DNA of 62,896 bases, the filler included, from Octopus bimaculoides (taxonomy: Eukaryota), in assembly GCF_001194135.2 (NCBI RefSeq). It is 7 parts of 6 records of this genome, joined end to end, with 100 filler letters (N's around TTAATTAATTAA, not from the genome) between each part and the next. Parts side by side here need not be neighbours in the genome. Positions count along the whole stretch, not along the records: positions 9,290 to 19,221 come from NW_026322201.1; positions 19,322 to 39,605 come from NC_068994.1; 5 more parts are not named here. The stretch is one strand, 5' to 3'. The position numbers were made by a program, and so were the translations under genes. Under the pieces are notes generated by a model that worked only from the letters and a program-made list of their open reading frames with translations, did no database searches and had not been told where the DNA came from. Shown here one piece after another: positions 12,226 to 21,722 of this stretch. Within the stretch, counting starts at the first letter, position 1. Every line of letters begins with the position of its first letter.

Positions 12226-12646
12226 TTAACCCTTTAACGTTCAGATAATTCTGTCAAATCTACCATATTTTAGCGTGTATAAGGAACCCATTTTTGTCAA
12301 AAATTAGGTTTAAAAATATGGGAGTTTCTTACACAAGGATAGTATTATAATCCCTTACAAAGCCATTTTTTCCAAATTCTAAACTCCAAAGATTAGTGGG
12401 GTTCCTTATGCATGTTAAAATATGGTAATTCTCGTTTATCCACATAGTTTTGAATTAATCATGGATTATCTCATAGCTTTGAGGTTTCAGTGATGGGATT
12501 GTTTATTTTTAGAATGACATTGTAGGGTAGGTGTGAGAGGCTGGATCTGGCCAGTTTTTAATTCAGAACTTTTAAAAACAAGACATTTGTACTACAGAGA
12601 GAGAGAGAGAGGTGGTTTCAACTAGGTTGGCATCAAAAAAGGTTAA
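12226..12646. mobile_element. Composite TTAA-flanked (piggyBac-like) MITE with a nested TA-flanked MITE
   Basis: TTAACCCTTT... at 12226 and ...AAAAGGTTAA at 12646; body is family E (compare 26075-26270) switching to the family D right end. Confidence 0.7.
12263..12425. mobile_element. Tc2/pogo-like MITE with about 27-bp TIRs and TA target duplication
   Basis: TA|CCATATTTTAGCGTGTATAAGGAACCC ... GGGTTCCTTATGCATGTTAAAATATGG|TA. Confidence 0.75.
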
Positions 12647-12669
12647 GAATTGTTTCTCTATTATATATT

Positions 12670-12899
12670 TTAACCCTTTTGTTACCATATTTCTGTTGAG
12701 ATGCTCTGTGTTTCTTTCAATTAATTTTAAATATAACAAAGAATTTAGTAAAACAACTTAGTTATCATTAAGCTAGAGTTAGGAACATGAATTGTGACTA
12801 AGGTTTGGTGGAAGATTTTAATTCAAAACTTATGAAAACAAGACATTTGTACTACAGAGCCAGAGGTGGTTTCAACCAGGTTGGTATCAAAAGGGTTAA
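12670..12899 (+). mobile_element. TTAA-flanked piggyBac-like MITE, family D (230 bp)
   Basis: TTAACCCTTTTGTTACCA ... TGGTATCAAAAGGGTTAA; near-identical copy at 26733-26962. Confidence 0.85.
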
Positions 12900-12907
12900 T
12901 AGTATAA

Positions 12908-13230
12908 AGGGAAGTCTTACTTGTCCTCAAACAAGTTCTTTCATCCTTATTTTAGCTCTCTCTTTCCAGCCTTGCCTATCACTACTTTGATAATATAAAA
13001 GTAAGCCTTGCTTGTCCTCAAACAAGTTCTTACAGTCTTATGTTAGGTCAGCCCTTCGAGCCTCGCCCATCACAACTTTAGTAAAATCAAAGTAAGCCTT
13101 ACTTGCCTTCAGACACATTCTTCCACCCCTACGTTTACTCTGCCCTTCCAGCCGTGCCACTCACTACTTCAATTATATAAAAGTAAGCCTTACTTGTCTT
13201 TAAACAAGTTCTTCCACCCTCCAGCCTCCT
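12908..13230 (-). repeat. 91-bp tandem repeat (about 3.5 units) containing the SLC13 exon end and 5' splice site
   Basis: Minus-strand donor dinucleotides at 13193, 13102, 13011 (GC) and 12920, each 91 bp apart, each preceded by AAGAA(C/T)...(G/T)AAGAC/GGC/GGACAA-like exon-end sequence. Confidence 0.85.
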
Positions 13231-13298
13231 GCAGGTCACGTGTTATCCAGAGAAGAGTGAGAACTAGGAAACAAACACCAGTGAGGATCTCGGCGAAT
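13194..13298 (-). CDS. SLC13A: SLC13 exon
   Basis: TTTTCCAG|...|GTAAGG, 105 bp, phase 2-2; FAEILTGVCFLVLTLLWITRDLQEAGGWKNLFKD (SLC13 FAE...LW..RD..GW motif). AA|G joins in frame to the next exon. Confidence 0.9.
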
Positions 13299-13399
13299 CT
13301 GGAAAAGATTTAAAAGGGATTCCGGGGTGAAAAAAGAAGAGGGTTTGGTTTATGACTAGGGCTGTGGTGGTGGTGGAGTTGGTTGCAGTAGTGGTAGTG

Positions 13400-13437
<38 letters not shown>

Positions 13438-14200
13438 TAGTAGTAGTNNNNNNNNNNNNNNNNNNNNNNNNNNNNNNNNNNNNNNNNNNNNNNNNNNNNN
13501 NNNNNNNNNNNNNNNNNNNNNNNNNNNNNNNNNNNNNNNNNNNNNNNNNNNNNNNNNNNNNNNNNNNNNNNNNNNNNNNNNNNNNNNNNNNNNNNNNNNN
13601 NNNNNNNNNNNNNNNNNNNNNNNNNNNNNNNNNNNNNNNNNNNNNNNNNNNNNNNNNNNNNNNNNNNNNNNNNNNNNNNNNNNNNNNNNNNNNNNNNNNN
13701 NNNNNNNNNNNNNNNNNNNNNNNNNNNNNNNNNNNNNNNNNNNNNNNNNNNNNNNNNNNNNNNNNNNNNNNNNNNNNNNNNNNNNNNNNNNNNNNNNNNN
13801 NNNNNNNNNNNNNNNNNNNNNNNNNNNNNNNNNNNNNNNNNNNNNNNNNNNNNNNNNNNNNNNNNNNNNNNNNNNNNNNNNNNNNNNNNNNNNNNNNNNN
13901 NNNNNNNNNNNNNNNNNNNNNNNNNNNNNNNNNNNNNNNNNNNNNNNNNNNNNNNNNNNNNNNNNNNNNNNNNNNNNNNNNNNNNNNNNNNNNNNNNNNN
14001 NNNNNNNNNNNNNNNNNNNNNNNNNNNNNNNNNNNNNNNNNNNNNNNNNNNNNNNNNNNNNNNNNNNNNNNNNNNNNNNNNNNNNNNNNNNNNNNNNNNN
14101 NNNNNNNNNNNNNNNNNNNNNNNNNNNNNNNNNNNNNNNNNNNNNNNNNNNNNNNNNNNNNNNNNNNNNNNNNNNNNNNNNNNNNNNNNNNNNNNNNNNN

Positions 14201-14245
<45 letters not shown>

Positions 14246-14371
14246 TGGTGGTGAAATCCTGACACCCCTGTGAGAAAGCAAGTGAACTGTCCTAGAACGT
14301 ATAAGGGCGCATGTGCACTGTCAGTGAAGGACGGTGTGGTGTGCGCAGGCGCTTTGTGAAGACAGTCATAG

Positions 14372-14625
14372 ATTTGATTGCGGCCATGCTGGAGCACCGC
14401 CTTTAGTCAAATAAATCAACCCTGGGACTTATTCGTTGTAAGCCTAGTACATCTTCTATCAGTCTCTTTTGGTGAACAGTTAAGTTACGGGTGACGTAAA
14501 CACACCAACATCGGTTGTCAAACATAGACACGCAAATACATACATACATACATACACACATACACATATATTCACGATGGGCTTCTTTCAGTTTCCATCT
14601 TTCAAATCCACTCACAAGGCTTTGA
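14372..14625 (-). mobile_element. SINE family A, core plus 3' tail
   Basis: GCGGCCATGCTGGAGCACCGCC tail and TTTCAGTTTCC...AAATCCACTCACAAGGCTTT core. Confidence 0.8.
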
Positions 14626-14641
14626 NNNNNNNNNNTTAAAC

Positions 14642-14672
<31 letters not shown>

Positions 14673-14712
14673 TGTGTGTGTGTGTTAGTGTGTGCGTAAA
14701 ACAATTACTTAC

Positions 14713-14841
14713 CATTGACGTAACTCAAAGACAACAAGCCAAAACCATATGAAGATGAGGTTGATGAAAGACAGTGGAATCCCAAACATCATCCAGTTAG
14801 CAAAGGTTACTGCTGGGGGTAGGCCAACCTCACTGAAAAAC
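14713..14841 (-). CDS. SLC13A: SLC13 exon
   Basis: ACAACAG|...|GTAAGT, 129 bp, phase 2-2; FFSEVGLPPAVTFANWMMFGIPLSFINLIFIWFWLVVFELRQ. Confidence 0.9.
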
Positions 14842-15303
14842 CTGTTGTGGAGAGACAAACACAAACCGTATTTTAACGTGTATAAGGAACCCTTACCCTC
14901 ACTGTATTCCATGCCACTCCAAAATTGTAGTTCTTCTCTTATATCACTCTTGCTGCAATGGCGACAGCATGAAATTCTTTCATCTTCTTACTCTGATACA
15001 ATATTTGAGAGAAATTATATTAATGTAACTTGTCTGTTGAAAATCCAAATTTATTGAAACTGAAGATAGCCCTGCATTTAAATTGATGTAACGCTTGCAT
15101 TGTTCAATTAAATGGAGCTGCTTGAAACAGTTGTACTGCATTACTACTTGATATCCAGTTACTTATTTTGATTTAATTCACCCTACTTTGAGCTGTGCAG
15201 ATAATGCTGGACTTACCTGGTGTTTCAACTTAAGTACCTAATTCAATTGAATCTTAATTATTTCATATATATATATATATATATGATGGGGTCAGCAATA
15301 ACC

Positions 15304-15349
<46 letters not shown>

Positions 15350-15468
15350 GTGGGGATGCTGTATGCTGGTTAGATTATTAACTTAATGTGAAGGTAGAGA
15401 CAAACAGACAAACTGAAGCACAGACAAACAGACAGGCATATACGAAGGGTATCAATATAAATACTTAC

Positions 15469-15517
15469 AAATCCGACTGTCCTTTCAACACCAAATTTGG
15501 TCCCGTTCCTGTTAGGG
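15469..15517 (-). CDS. SLC13A: SLC13 exon, 3' part (5' part lost in N gap 15518-16002)
   Basis: LTGTGPNLVLKGQSD(L)|GTAAGT, matching the SLC13 GG.ATLTGTGPNLVL motif; TT|G joins in frame to the next exon. Confidence 0.9.
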
Positions 15518-16002
15518 NNNNNNNNNNNNNNNNNNNNNNNNNNNNNNNNNNNNNNNNNNNNNNNNNNNNNNNNNNNNNNNNNNNNNNNNNNNNNNNNNNN
15601 NNNNNNNNNNNNNNNNNNNNNNNNNNNNNNNNNNNNNNNNNNNNNNNNNNNNNNNNNNNNNNNNNNNNNNNNNNNNNNNNNNNNNNNNNNNNNNNNNNNN
15701 NNNNNNNNNNNNNNNNNNNNNNNNNNNNNNNNNNNNNNNNNNNNNNNNNNNNNNNNNNNNNNNNNNNNNNNNNNNNNNNNNNNNNNNNNNNNNNNNNNNN
15801 NNNNNNNNNNNNNNNNNNNNNNNNNNNNNNNNNNNNNNNNNNNNNNNNNNNNNNNNNNNNNNNNNNNNNNNNNNNNNNNNNNNNNNNNNNNNNNNNNNNN
15901 NNNNNNNNNNNNNNNNNNNNNNNNNNNNNNNNNNNNNNNNNNNNNNNNNNNNNNNNNNNNNNNNNNNNNNNNNNNNNNNNNNNNNNNNNNNNNNNNNNNN
16001 NN

Positions 16003-16117
16003 GCTTTGGTTGGCCTGAGGCTATAGTAGAAGACACTTGCCCAAGGTGCCACGCAGTGGGACTGAACCTAGAACCATGTGGCTGGTAAGCAAGCTACTTA
16101 CCACACAGCCACCCCTG
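16003..16117 (-). mobile_element. SINE family A, head and core
   Basis: GAAGACACTTGCCCAAGGTGCCACGCAGTGGGACTGAACC. Confidence 0.85.
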
Positions 16118-16130
16118 TGCGTAGTACATA

Positions 16131-16385
16131 TATCATCATCATCATCATTGTTTAACGTCTGTTTTCCAAGCTGGCATGGGTTGGACGGTTTGACTGAGGA
16201 CTGGCAAACCAGGAGGCTGCACCAGGCTCCAATGTGATCTGGCAATGTTTCTACAGCTGGATGCCCTTCCTAACGCCAACCACTTCAAGAGTGTAGTGGT
16301 TGCTTTTTACGTGCCACCGGCACGGGAGCCAGTGGGTGGACCTGGCATCGATCACGTTTGGATGGTGCATTTACATACCACCGGC
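16131..16385 (-). mobile_element. Repeat family C (RTE-tail-type SINE or LINE 3' end with (GAT)n tail)
   Basis: (CAT)n-GTTTAACGTC...GCTGGATGCCCTTCCTAACGCCAACCAC; copies at 35970, 38295 and 43520. Confidence 0.75.
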
Positions 16386-16402
16386 ACACACACACACACA
16401 CA

Positions 16403-16562
16403 CAAGCTTCTTTCAGTTTCCGTCTACCGAATCCACTCGCAAGGCTTTGGTCGGCCCGAGGCTATAGCAGAAAACACTTTGCCCAAGGTACCACACAGTG
16501 TGGACTGAACACAGAACCATGCAGTTGGGAAGCAAGCTTCTTACCACATGGCCATGCCTGTG
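16403..16562 (-). mobile_element. SINE family A
   Basis: Core and head match the family consensus. Confidence 0.8.
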
Positions 16563-16618
16563 CCTATAAATATAAAGAAATAAAGAAAGAAACCAATATA
16601 AAGATCCCTAATGCTAAC

Positions 16619-16865
16619 CCTTTCTCAGTAATATCAAAATTTGTTTTGTTTGTCTCAGCAGGTGTTGTTGGTGTTGTTGTTGTTGTTGTTGCCACTTTTG
16701 TTGTTGTTGTTGTTGGTGGTGGTGGTGCTTTTGTTGTTGTTGTTGTTGCTGCTGTCGTTACATGTGTGGAATTTTCTATCGCTTCTGTTTTTTCCGGAGT
16801 CTTCGTCGTATCTTGATCCACCTTCTTGTAAGTTTCCATCTTGAGGCTTTCATCGTTTTCCTTGA
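16619..16865 (-). CDS. SLC13A: SLC13 hydrophilic-loop exon with Thr/Pro-rich low-complexity tract
   Basis: CTTTGTTCAG| acceptor in phase 1 fits the upstream exon (G|TC = Val); open through KENDESLKMETYKK...TTAATTTTTKAPPPPTTTTTKVATTTTTTPTTPAE...DITEK; donor GG|GTTAGC less certain. Confidence 0.65.
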
Positions 16866-17675
16866 CTGAACAAAGGTTGGCAGCAGACATGCGGGGAGAG
16901 GAAATTTGGAAATAATTGAAACAGTATTAACAGCATAAATAATAATAATAATAATAATAATCATCATCATCATCATCATCATCGTTTAACGTCCGCTCTC
17001 CATGCTAGCATAGGTTGAACGATTTGACTNNNNNNNNNNNNNNNNNNNNNNNNNNNNNNNNNNNNNNNNNNNNNNNNNNNNNNNNNNNNNNNNNNNNNNN
17101 NNNNNNNNNNNNNNNNNNNNNNNNNNNNNNNNNNNNNNNNNNNNNNNNNNNNNNNNNNNNNNNNNNNNNNNNNNNNNNNNNNNNNNNNNNNNNNNNNNNN
17201 NNNNNNNNNNNNNNNNNNNNNNNNNNNNNNNNNNNNNNNNNNNNNNNNNNNNNNNNNNNNNNNNNNNNNNNNNNNNNNNNNNNNNNNNNNNNNNNNNNNN
17301 NNNNNNNNNNNNNNNNNNNNNNNNNNNNNNNNNNNNNNNNNNNNNNNNNNNNNNNNNNNNNNNNNNNNNNNNNNNNNNNNNNNNNNNNNNNNNNNNNNNN
17401 NNNNNNNNNNNNNNNNNNNNNNNNNNNNNNNNNNNNNNNNNNNNNNNNNNNNNNNNNNNNNNNNNNNNNNNNNNNNNNNNNNNNNNNNNNNNNNNNNNNN
17501 NNNNNNNNNNNNNNNNNNNNNNNNNNNNNNNNNNNNNNNNNNNNNNNNNNNNNNNNNNNNNNNNNNNNNNNNNNNNNNNNNNNNNNNNNNNNNNNNNNNN
17601 NNNNNNNNNNNNNNNNNNNNNNNNNNNNNNNNNNNNNNNNNNNNNNNNNNNNNNNNNNNNNNNNNNNNNNNNNNN

Positions 17676-18054
17676 TCGACGACCCGATGCGGTTTGTCCA
17701 TGTCCACGTTGGCGCATTCGGGTAATCGAGTCGGTACCTGTCAGACAGTTGAAAGCGTCTGAGCAGGTCTTTGAGGCATTTGCATCCCCGTCTATTCCTA
17801 TCTCTGCCCACATAGTCTAGATGCGTGTCCAAGGTAGCATTCCAATCCCCCACTAAAAGCAAAGGACGAGACGTTCCTAGGAATACTTCTAGACGTCGAA
17901 AGAAATCCGGCCTACCTGTTAAAGGTGGTGCATATACTGATATGAGTCGAAAAGCACACCCATCGCTGCCATCGACATCCAGAACAACCAATCTACCCTC
18001 CGGGTCTATGAATACTGTCTTTACTTCGAGATCCAGACTCTTGCGAAAGAGTAG
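17676..18054 (-). mobile_element. L1/Tx1-clade LINE apurinic endonuclease fragment in an SLC13 intron
   Basis: About 126 stop-free codons: LLFRKSLDLEVKTVFIDPEGRLVVLDV...FRLISVYAP...LLVGDWNATLD...LSDRYRLDYPNAPTWTW; runs into N gap 17030-17675. Confidence 0.85.
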
Positions 18055-18245
18055 ATTTATTCAGAGACAGATAGACAGAGATAGATAAAGACAAGTAGAT
18101 TGATAGACAGGGAGACAGATAAACAGGGAGAGAGAGTTTGACAGACACACAGACAGAGAGACAGACCGACAAACAAACAAGCAAACGGCCGAATTAACAC
18201 ACAAACAAACAAACAGACAGACAGACAAGGAGGTTACGTACTCAC

Positions 18246-18376
18246 CTGTGTCGTCATCTGCGATCCGCAGCTGCTTCAGAATGGCGTCGGCAATGGGTAT
18301 CATCATGGCTGCCGTTGCGGTGTTACTTATCCACATGGATAGGAACCATGTAGTGAACATTAAACCGAGGAGCAAC
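18246..18376 (-). CDS. SLC13A: SLC13 exon with first SNT motif
   Basis: CCTAG|...|GTGAGT, 131 bp, phase 2 to 1; LLLGLMFTTWFLSMWISNTATAAMMIPIADAILKQLRIADDDT. Confidence 0.95.
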
Positions 18377-18477
18377 CTAGGATGTATGAATAAGACAAAT
18401 CTCTGAGTGGTGGTCATTATGTCTGTTAAGAATAGCAGTGATATTTCTCTCAAAAATATATTCTGATGTTTTAAGAT

Positions 18478-18860
18478 GAAGGACACATTTGATAGTGTAG
18501 TCCAAGATACACTGCTTGTAAAAGTGACCGGGAATGGTCATGGCTAGAATGTCCTAGATATAGTGTGCTTGAATAACAGACTGGATGGTCATAACTGGAA
18601 CGTCTATGATCATAGGTCTGCTGGATCAGGACTGACCTGGGGCTAAACAACAGCAGCAAGGAAGGATACATCAGATGATGTAGTCCAAGATACACAGTGC
18701 CTGAATAAAAGGCAGGATGGCCACAGCTGGAACATCTTTGATCATAAGTCTACTGGATCAGGACTGACCTAGGGCTAAACAACAAGGAAGGACACATTAG
18801 ATAATGTAGTCCTAGATACATTATGTCTGAATAAAAGACAGGATGGTCACAGCTGGAATA
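18478..18860 (+). repeat. About 126-bp tandem array (about 3 units) of an interspersed repeat
   Basis: GAAGGACACAT...GTAGTCCAAGATAC...GGATGGTCACAGCTGGAA...GGGCTAAACAACA at 18478, 18661, 18787; solo copies near 33290-33410 and 42880-42990 on the other strand. Confidence 0.75.
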
Positions 18861-18868
18861 CATATATA

Positions 18869-19009
18869 TGACGGGCTTCTTTCAGTTTCCGTCTACCAAA
18901 TCCACTCACAAGGCCTTAGTCGAGCCGAGGCTATAGTAGAAGACACTTGCCCAAGGTGCCACGCAGTGGGACTGAACCCAGAACCATGTGGTTGGTAAGC
19001 AAGCTTAGC
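18869..19009 (-). mobile_element. SINE family A
   Basis: Very close to the family consensus. Confidence 0.85.
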
Positions 19010-19067
19010 ACAGGGTCCCATCTATCATAAATCTGGCACTAATTACAGGTGTTAAATGGCGGCTTAC

Positions 19068-19183
19068 CTCTTCGGTTCCGTACCAAATATAAGAAGCGTC
19101 CGTAAAGCGATTCTTTTGTGTAGGTTCCAAGTTTCGATTGCTAAAGCGACAACCAGGCCACCAACGAATAACATGGACGTGTC
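19068..19183 (-). CDS. SLC13A: SLC13 first visible exon
   Basis: CTCGTTAG|...|GTAAGC, 116 bp, phase 0 to 2; [38 protein letters not shown](R) (SLC13 signature WNLHKRIAL). AG|G joins in frame to the next exon. Confidence 0.95.
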
Positions 19184-19221
19184 CTAACGAGATAAATCGG
19201 AATTAAATGAGACGAGAAGAA

Positions 19222-19321
19222 NNNNNNNNNNNNNNNNNNNNNNNNNNNNNNNNNNNNNNNNNNNNTTAATTAATTAANNNNNNNNNNNNNNNNNNNNNNN
19301 NNNNNNNNNNNNNNNNNNNNN
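19222..19321. other. Artificial scaffold-joining spacer
   Basis: 44 N + TTAATTAATTAA (19266-19277) + 44 N. Confidence 0.95.
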
Positions 19322-19354
<33 letters not shown>

Positions 19355-19530
19355 TTAAAATGGTACATATATAGCCATACATACAATATATATATAAATA
19401 TGTACAAATACACACATATATGTATTATACACATAGACACCTATTTATATTTACACAAACACACACAAACAATATCTCTTAATAAGCTAAAATATTTCAA
19501 GGTGCGTGTGTGTGTGTATGTGTAAGTGCA

Positions 19531-19564
<34 letters not shown>

Positions 19565-19984
19565 TGTAAGCACACAAAGATACATTTAAGACACTTTACA
19601 CAAGCATTTTAGCAGAGAAGAGGGAATTATAATTTTTTGACTAAGGACACTTTGCTAATATTCCCAAGAATATTCTTACAAAAGCTAGCAGACTTGACCA
19701 ATGATAACAAAAACAGTTAGATATCACCTGATACCACCTGTTTCACCATCTTATCTTTCCCTTTCAACGAACCTTATTACGTTTGTATAAAGGGTTTCGT
19801 TTTTAGTGTCTGCATGCCTAACACTATATCTAGTATATATGTATCTAACCAACTTGTGTGTGTAACACTGTATGTGTATATGTATCTTAAGAGACAACTA
19901 ATCAGAAGATACACCATTGATGAATTTGTGTAAATCATAACCGTGCAATATCCAAACAATATATTTCTCCCTTTTTTAATATCT

Positions 19985-20150
19985 AAACTGACCAGATCTG
20001 GCTTCACACCCACCCTACAATGTCATTCTAAGCATAAACAATCACATCAGTGAAATCTCGAAGCTACGAGATAATGCGTGATTAATCAAAAAGAATGCAA
20101 ATAAAATAAGTATTATACTTGATAAAGTATATCTAAGTGTTAAAAGGTTA
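19985..20150 (+). mobile_element. TTAA-type MITE family E, partial
   Basis: CAGATCTGGCTTCACACCCACCCTACAATGTCATTCTAA...AAAAGGTTAA. Confidence 0.6.
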
Positions 20151-21671
20151 AGCTAACTGTGTGCTGTCTTCTTTTCATGCTAAAGGAAGGAGAAGTTTTA
20201 CTGAAACACCAATTAGCTATCAAAAGTGTCCAACAGAATCTTCCAGAATCTTTTATATCAAATTGCACGAAATATATCTTCCGTTTGTAAGTGAATACTT
20301 AGAGAGACAGGAATGTCTCTGCAAGGAAAATCGCGATATTGGAATATACTGTCATCACCATACTAACATCCACTTTTCCATGCTTGCATGGGTCAAGTTA
20401 TCTTTGGCCAGGGTTTCCAAGAAACATAATATTAACCTCAGTCTATAAAACAAAGAACTGGAAACAAATGGCGCTTATGACTAAGCCTTTTGTTTCCAAA
20501 GATTGCACAATATGTCAAAATGCTTAAATTGGCTTGTATTGGTACTTTAATTATCACCACTATAATGTGTATGGTGTGTGGATGTACGTGTGTACATACA
20601 TATGTGTGGTTTAAATTAATTGAACAATTAACTGTCCATGTGTTTTCAAGTCCAGCCCCACTGCAGTACAAGTGTCTTCTGCAGCCACAGGCTGACATAT
20701 GCCTCCTGAGTGAATCTGGTAGATGGAGATTGTGTGGAAGGCTACAGTCTGTGAGTATGTATACACCCTTACTTGGGTGTGCACGTGTATGCTTGTATGT
20801 ATGTATATATATATATATATGCATACATACACACACACTCGATGAAATTAAATAAATGACAGAGGTACAGAAAATTATACGATGAACATCATCAGCTTAC
20901 AGCTGTTTCTACTACAGGATTCAATGCATTCAGAACTGAATGCTTTTGCTCTGTGTGCACTGCATCTTATAACAGAAACTGCAATAAGCTACTGAAGTTC
21001 ATTACATAATTTCCAGTTCCTTTGTCGTTCTTTTTTCAATTTCATTTGTGCTGTACTCGACTAAGGCTTTATTCCAAAACATGAATATTGAGTTCCAACT
21101 TCAGGTTATTAGTATCTCTATACCTAAATGAAATATTAATATGTGTGTGTGTGCATGCATTTGTTCCCAGCACTGCATGACAAGTGGTTTTGGCATGTTT
21201 ACATTGCTGTAACTTAGTAGCCGAGCAAAGAAACAGAGAGAACAAGCATCGTACATAAAGAATAGGTACTGGGGTGGATTCATTTGACTAAATCTCTTCA
21301 GGGTGGTGATCTAACATGACCACAGTCCAGTGACCAGAATGGGTAAAACATAAAAGATAACAAATATCTTACTAATGAGTACCCAAAATTTTTTAATATT
21401 TATATAATAATAAAATTTATTATATATTACACTGTTGTGGAGCAACTAAAGTTTCATGACGTCATCCATGTAATGAAGTTTTAATCAAAACAGGAACAAT
21501 TTGCGATAGGAAATTCCAAATGGGCTGGTATTAAAAGCAACTAATGCAATTGTGCCATGCACTTATGCACATAAAATTTTACATCTCTAAAATGTGTTTA
21601 TGTATGACTGAAATTCGTAGCTATGTAGAAAACTGAATTGGTACCAGGAAGTAGAATTTCATGTGTGCATG

Positions 21672-21674
<3 letters not shown>

Positions 21675-21720
<46 letters not shown>
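21675..21720. repeat. (TG)n microsatellite
   Basis: About 23 perfect TG units. Confidence 0.95.

Positions 21721-21722
<2 letters not shown>

Noticed and set aside
15215-15240. Strong minus-strand donor CAG|GTAAGT in an SLC13 intron
   Set aside because: Both nearby acceptors give an in-frame TGA given the phase-2 upstream exon, and the polypyrimidine tract is poor.
16564-16890. Stand-alone mucin-like gene
   Set aside because: Better explained as an in-phase internal SLC13 exon.
12908-18860. CRISPR-like arrays (91-bp and 126-bp periodic repeats)
   Set aside because: Whole units are homologous with no unique spacers, the context is eukaryotic introns and there are no cas genes.
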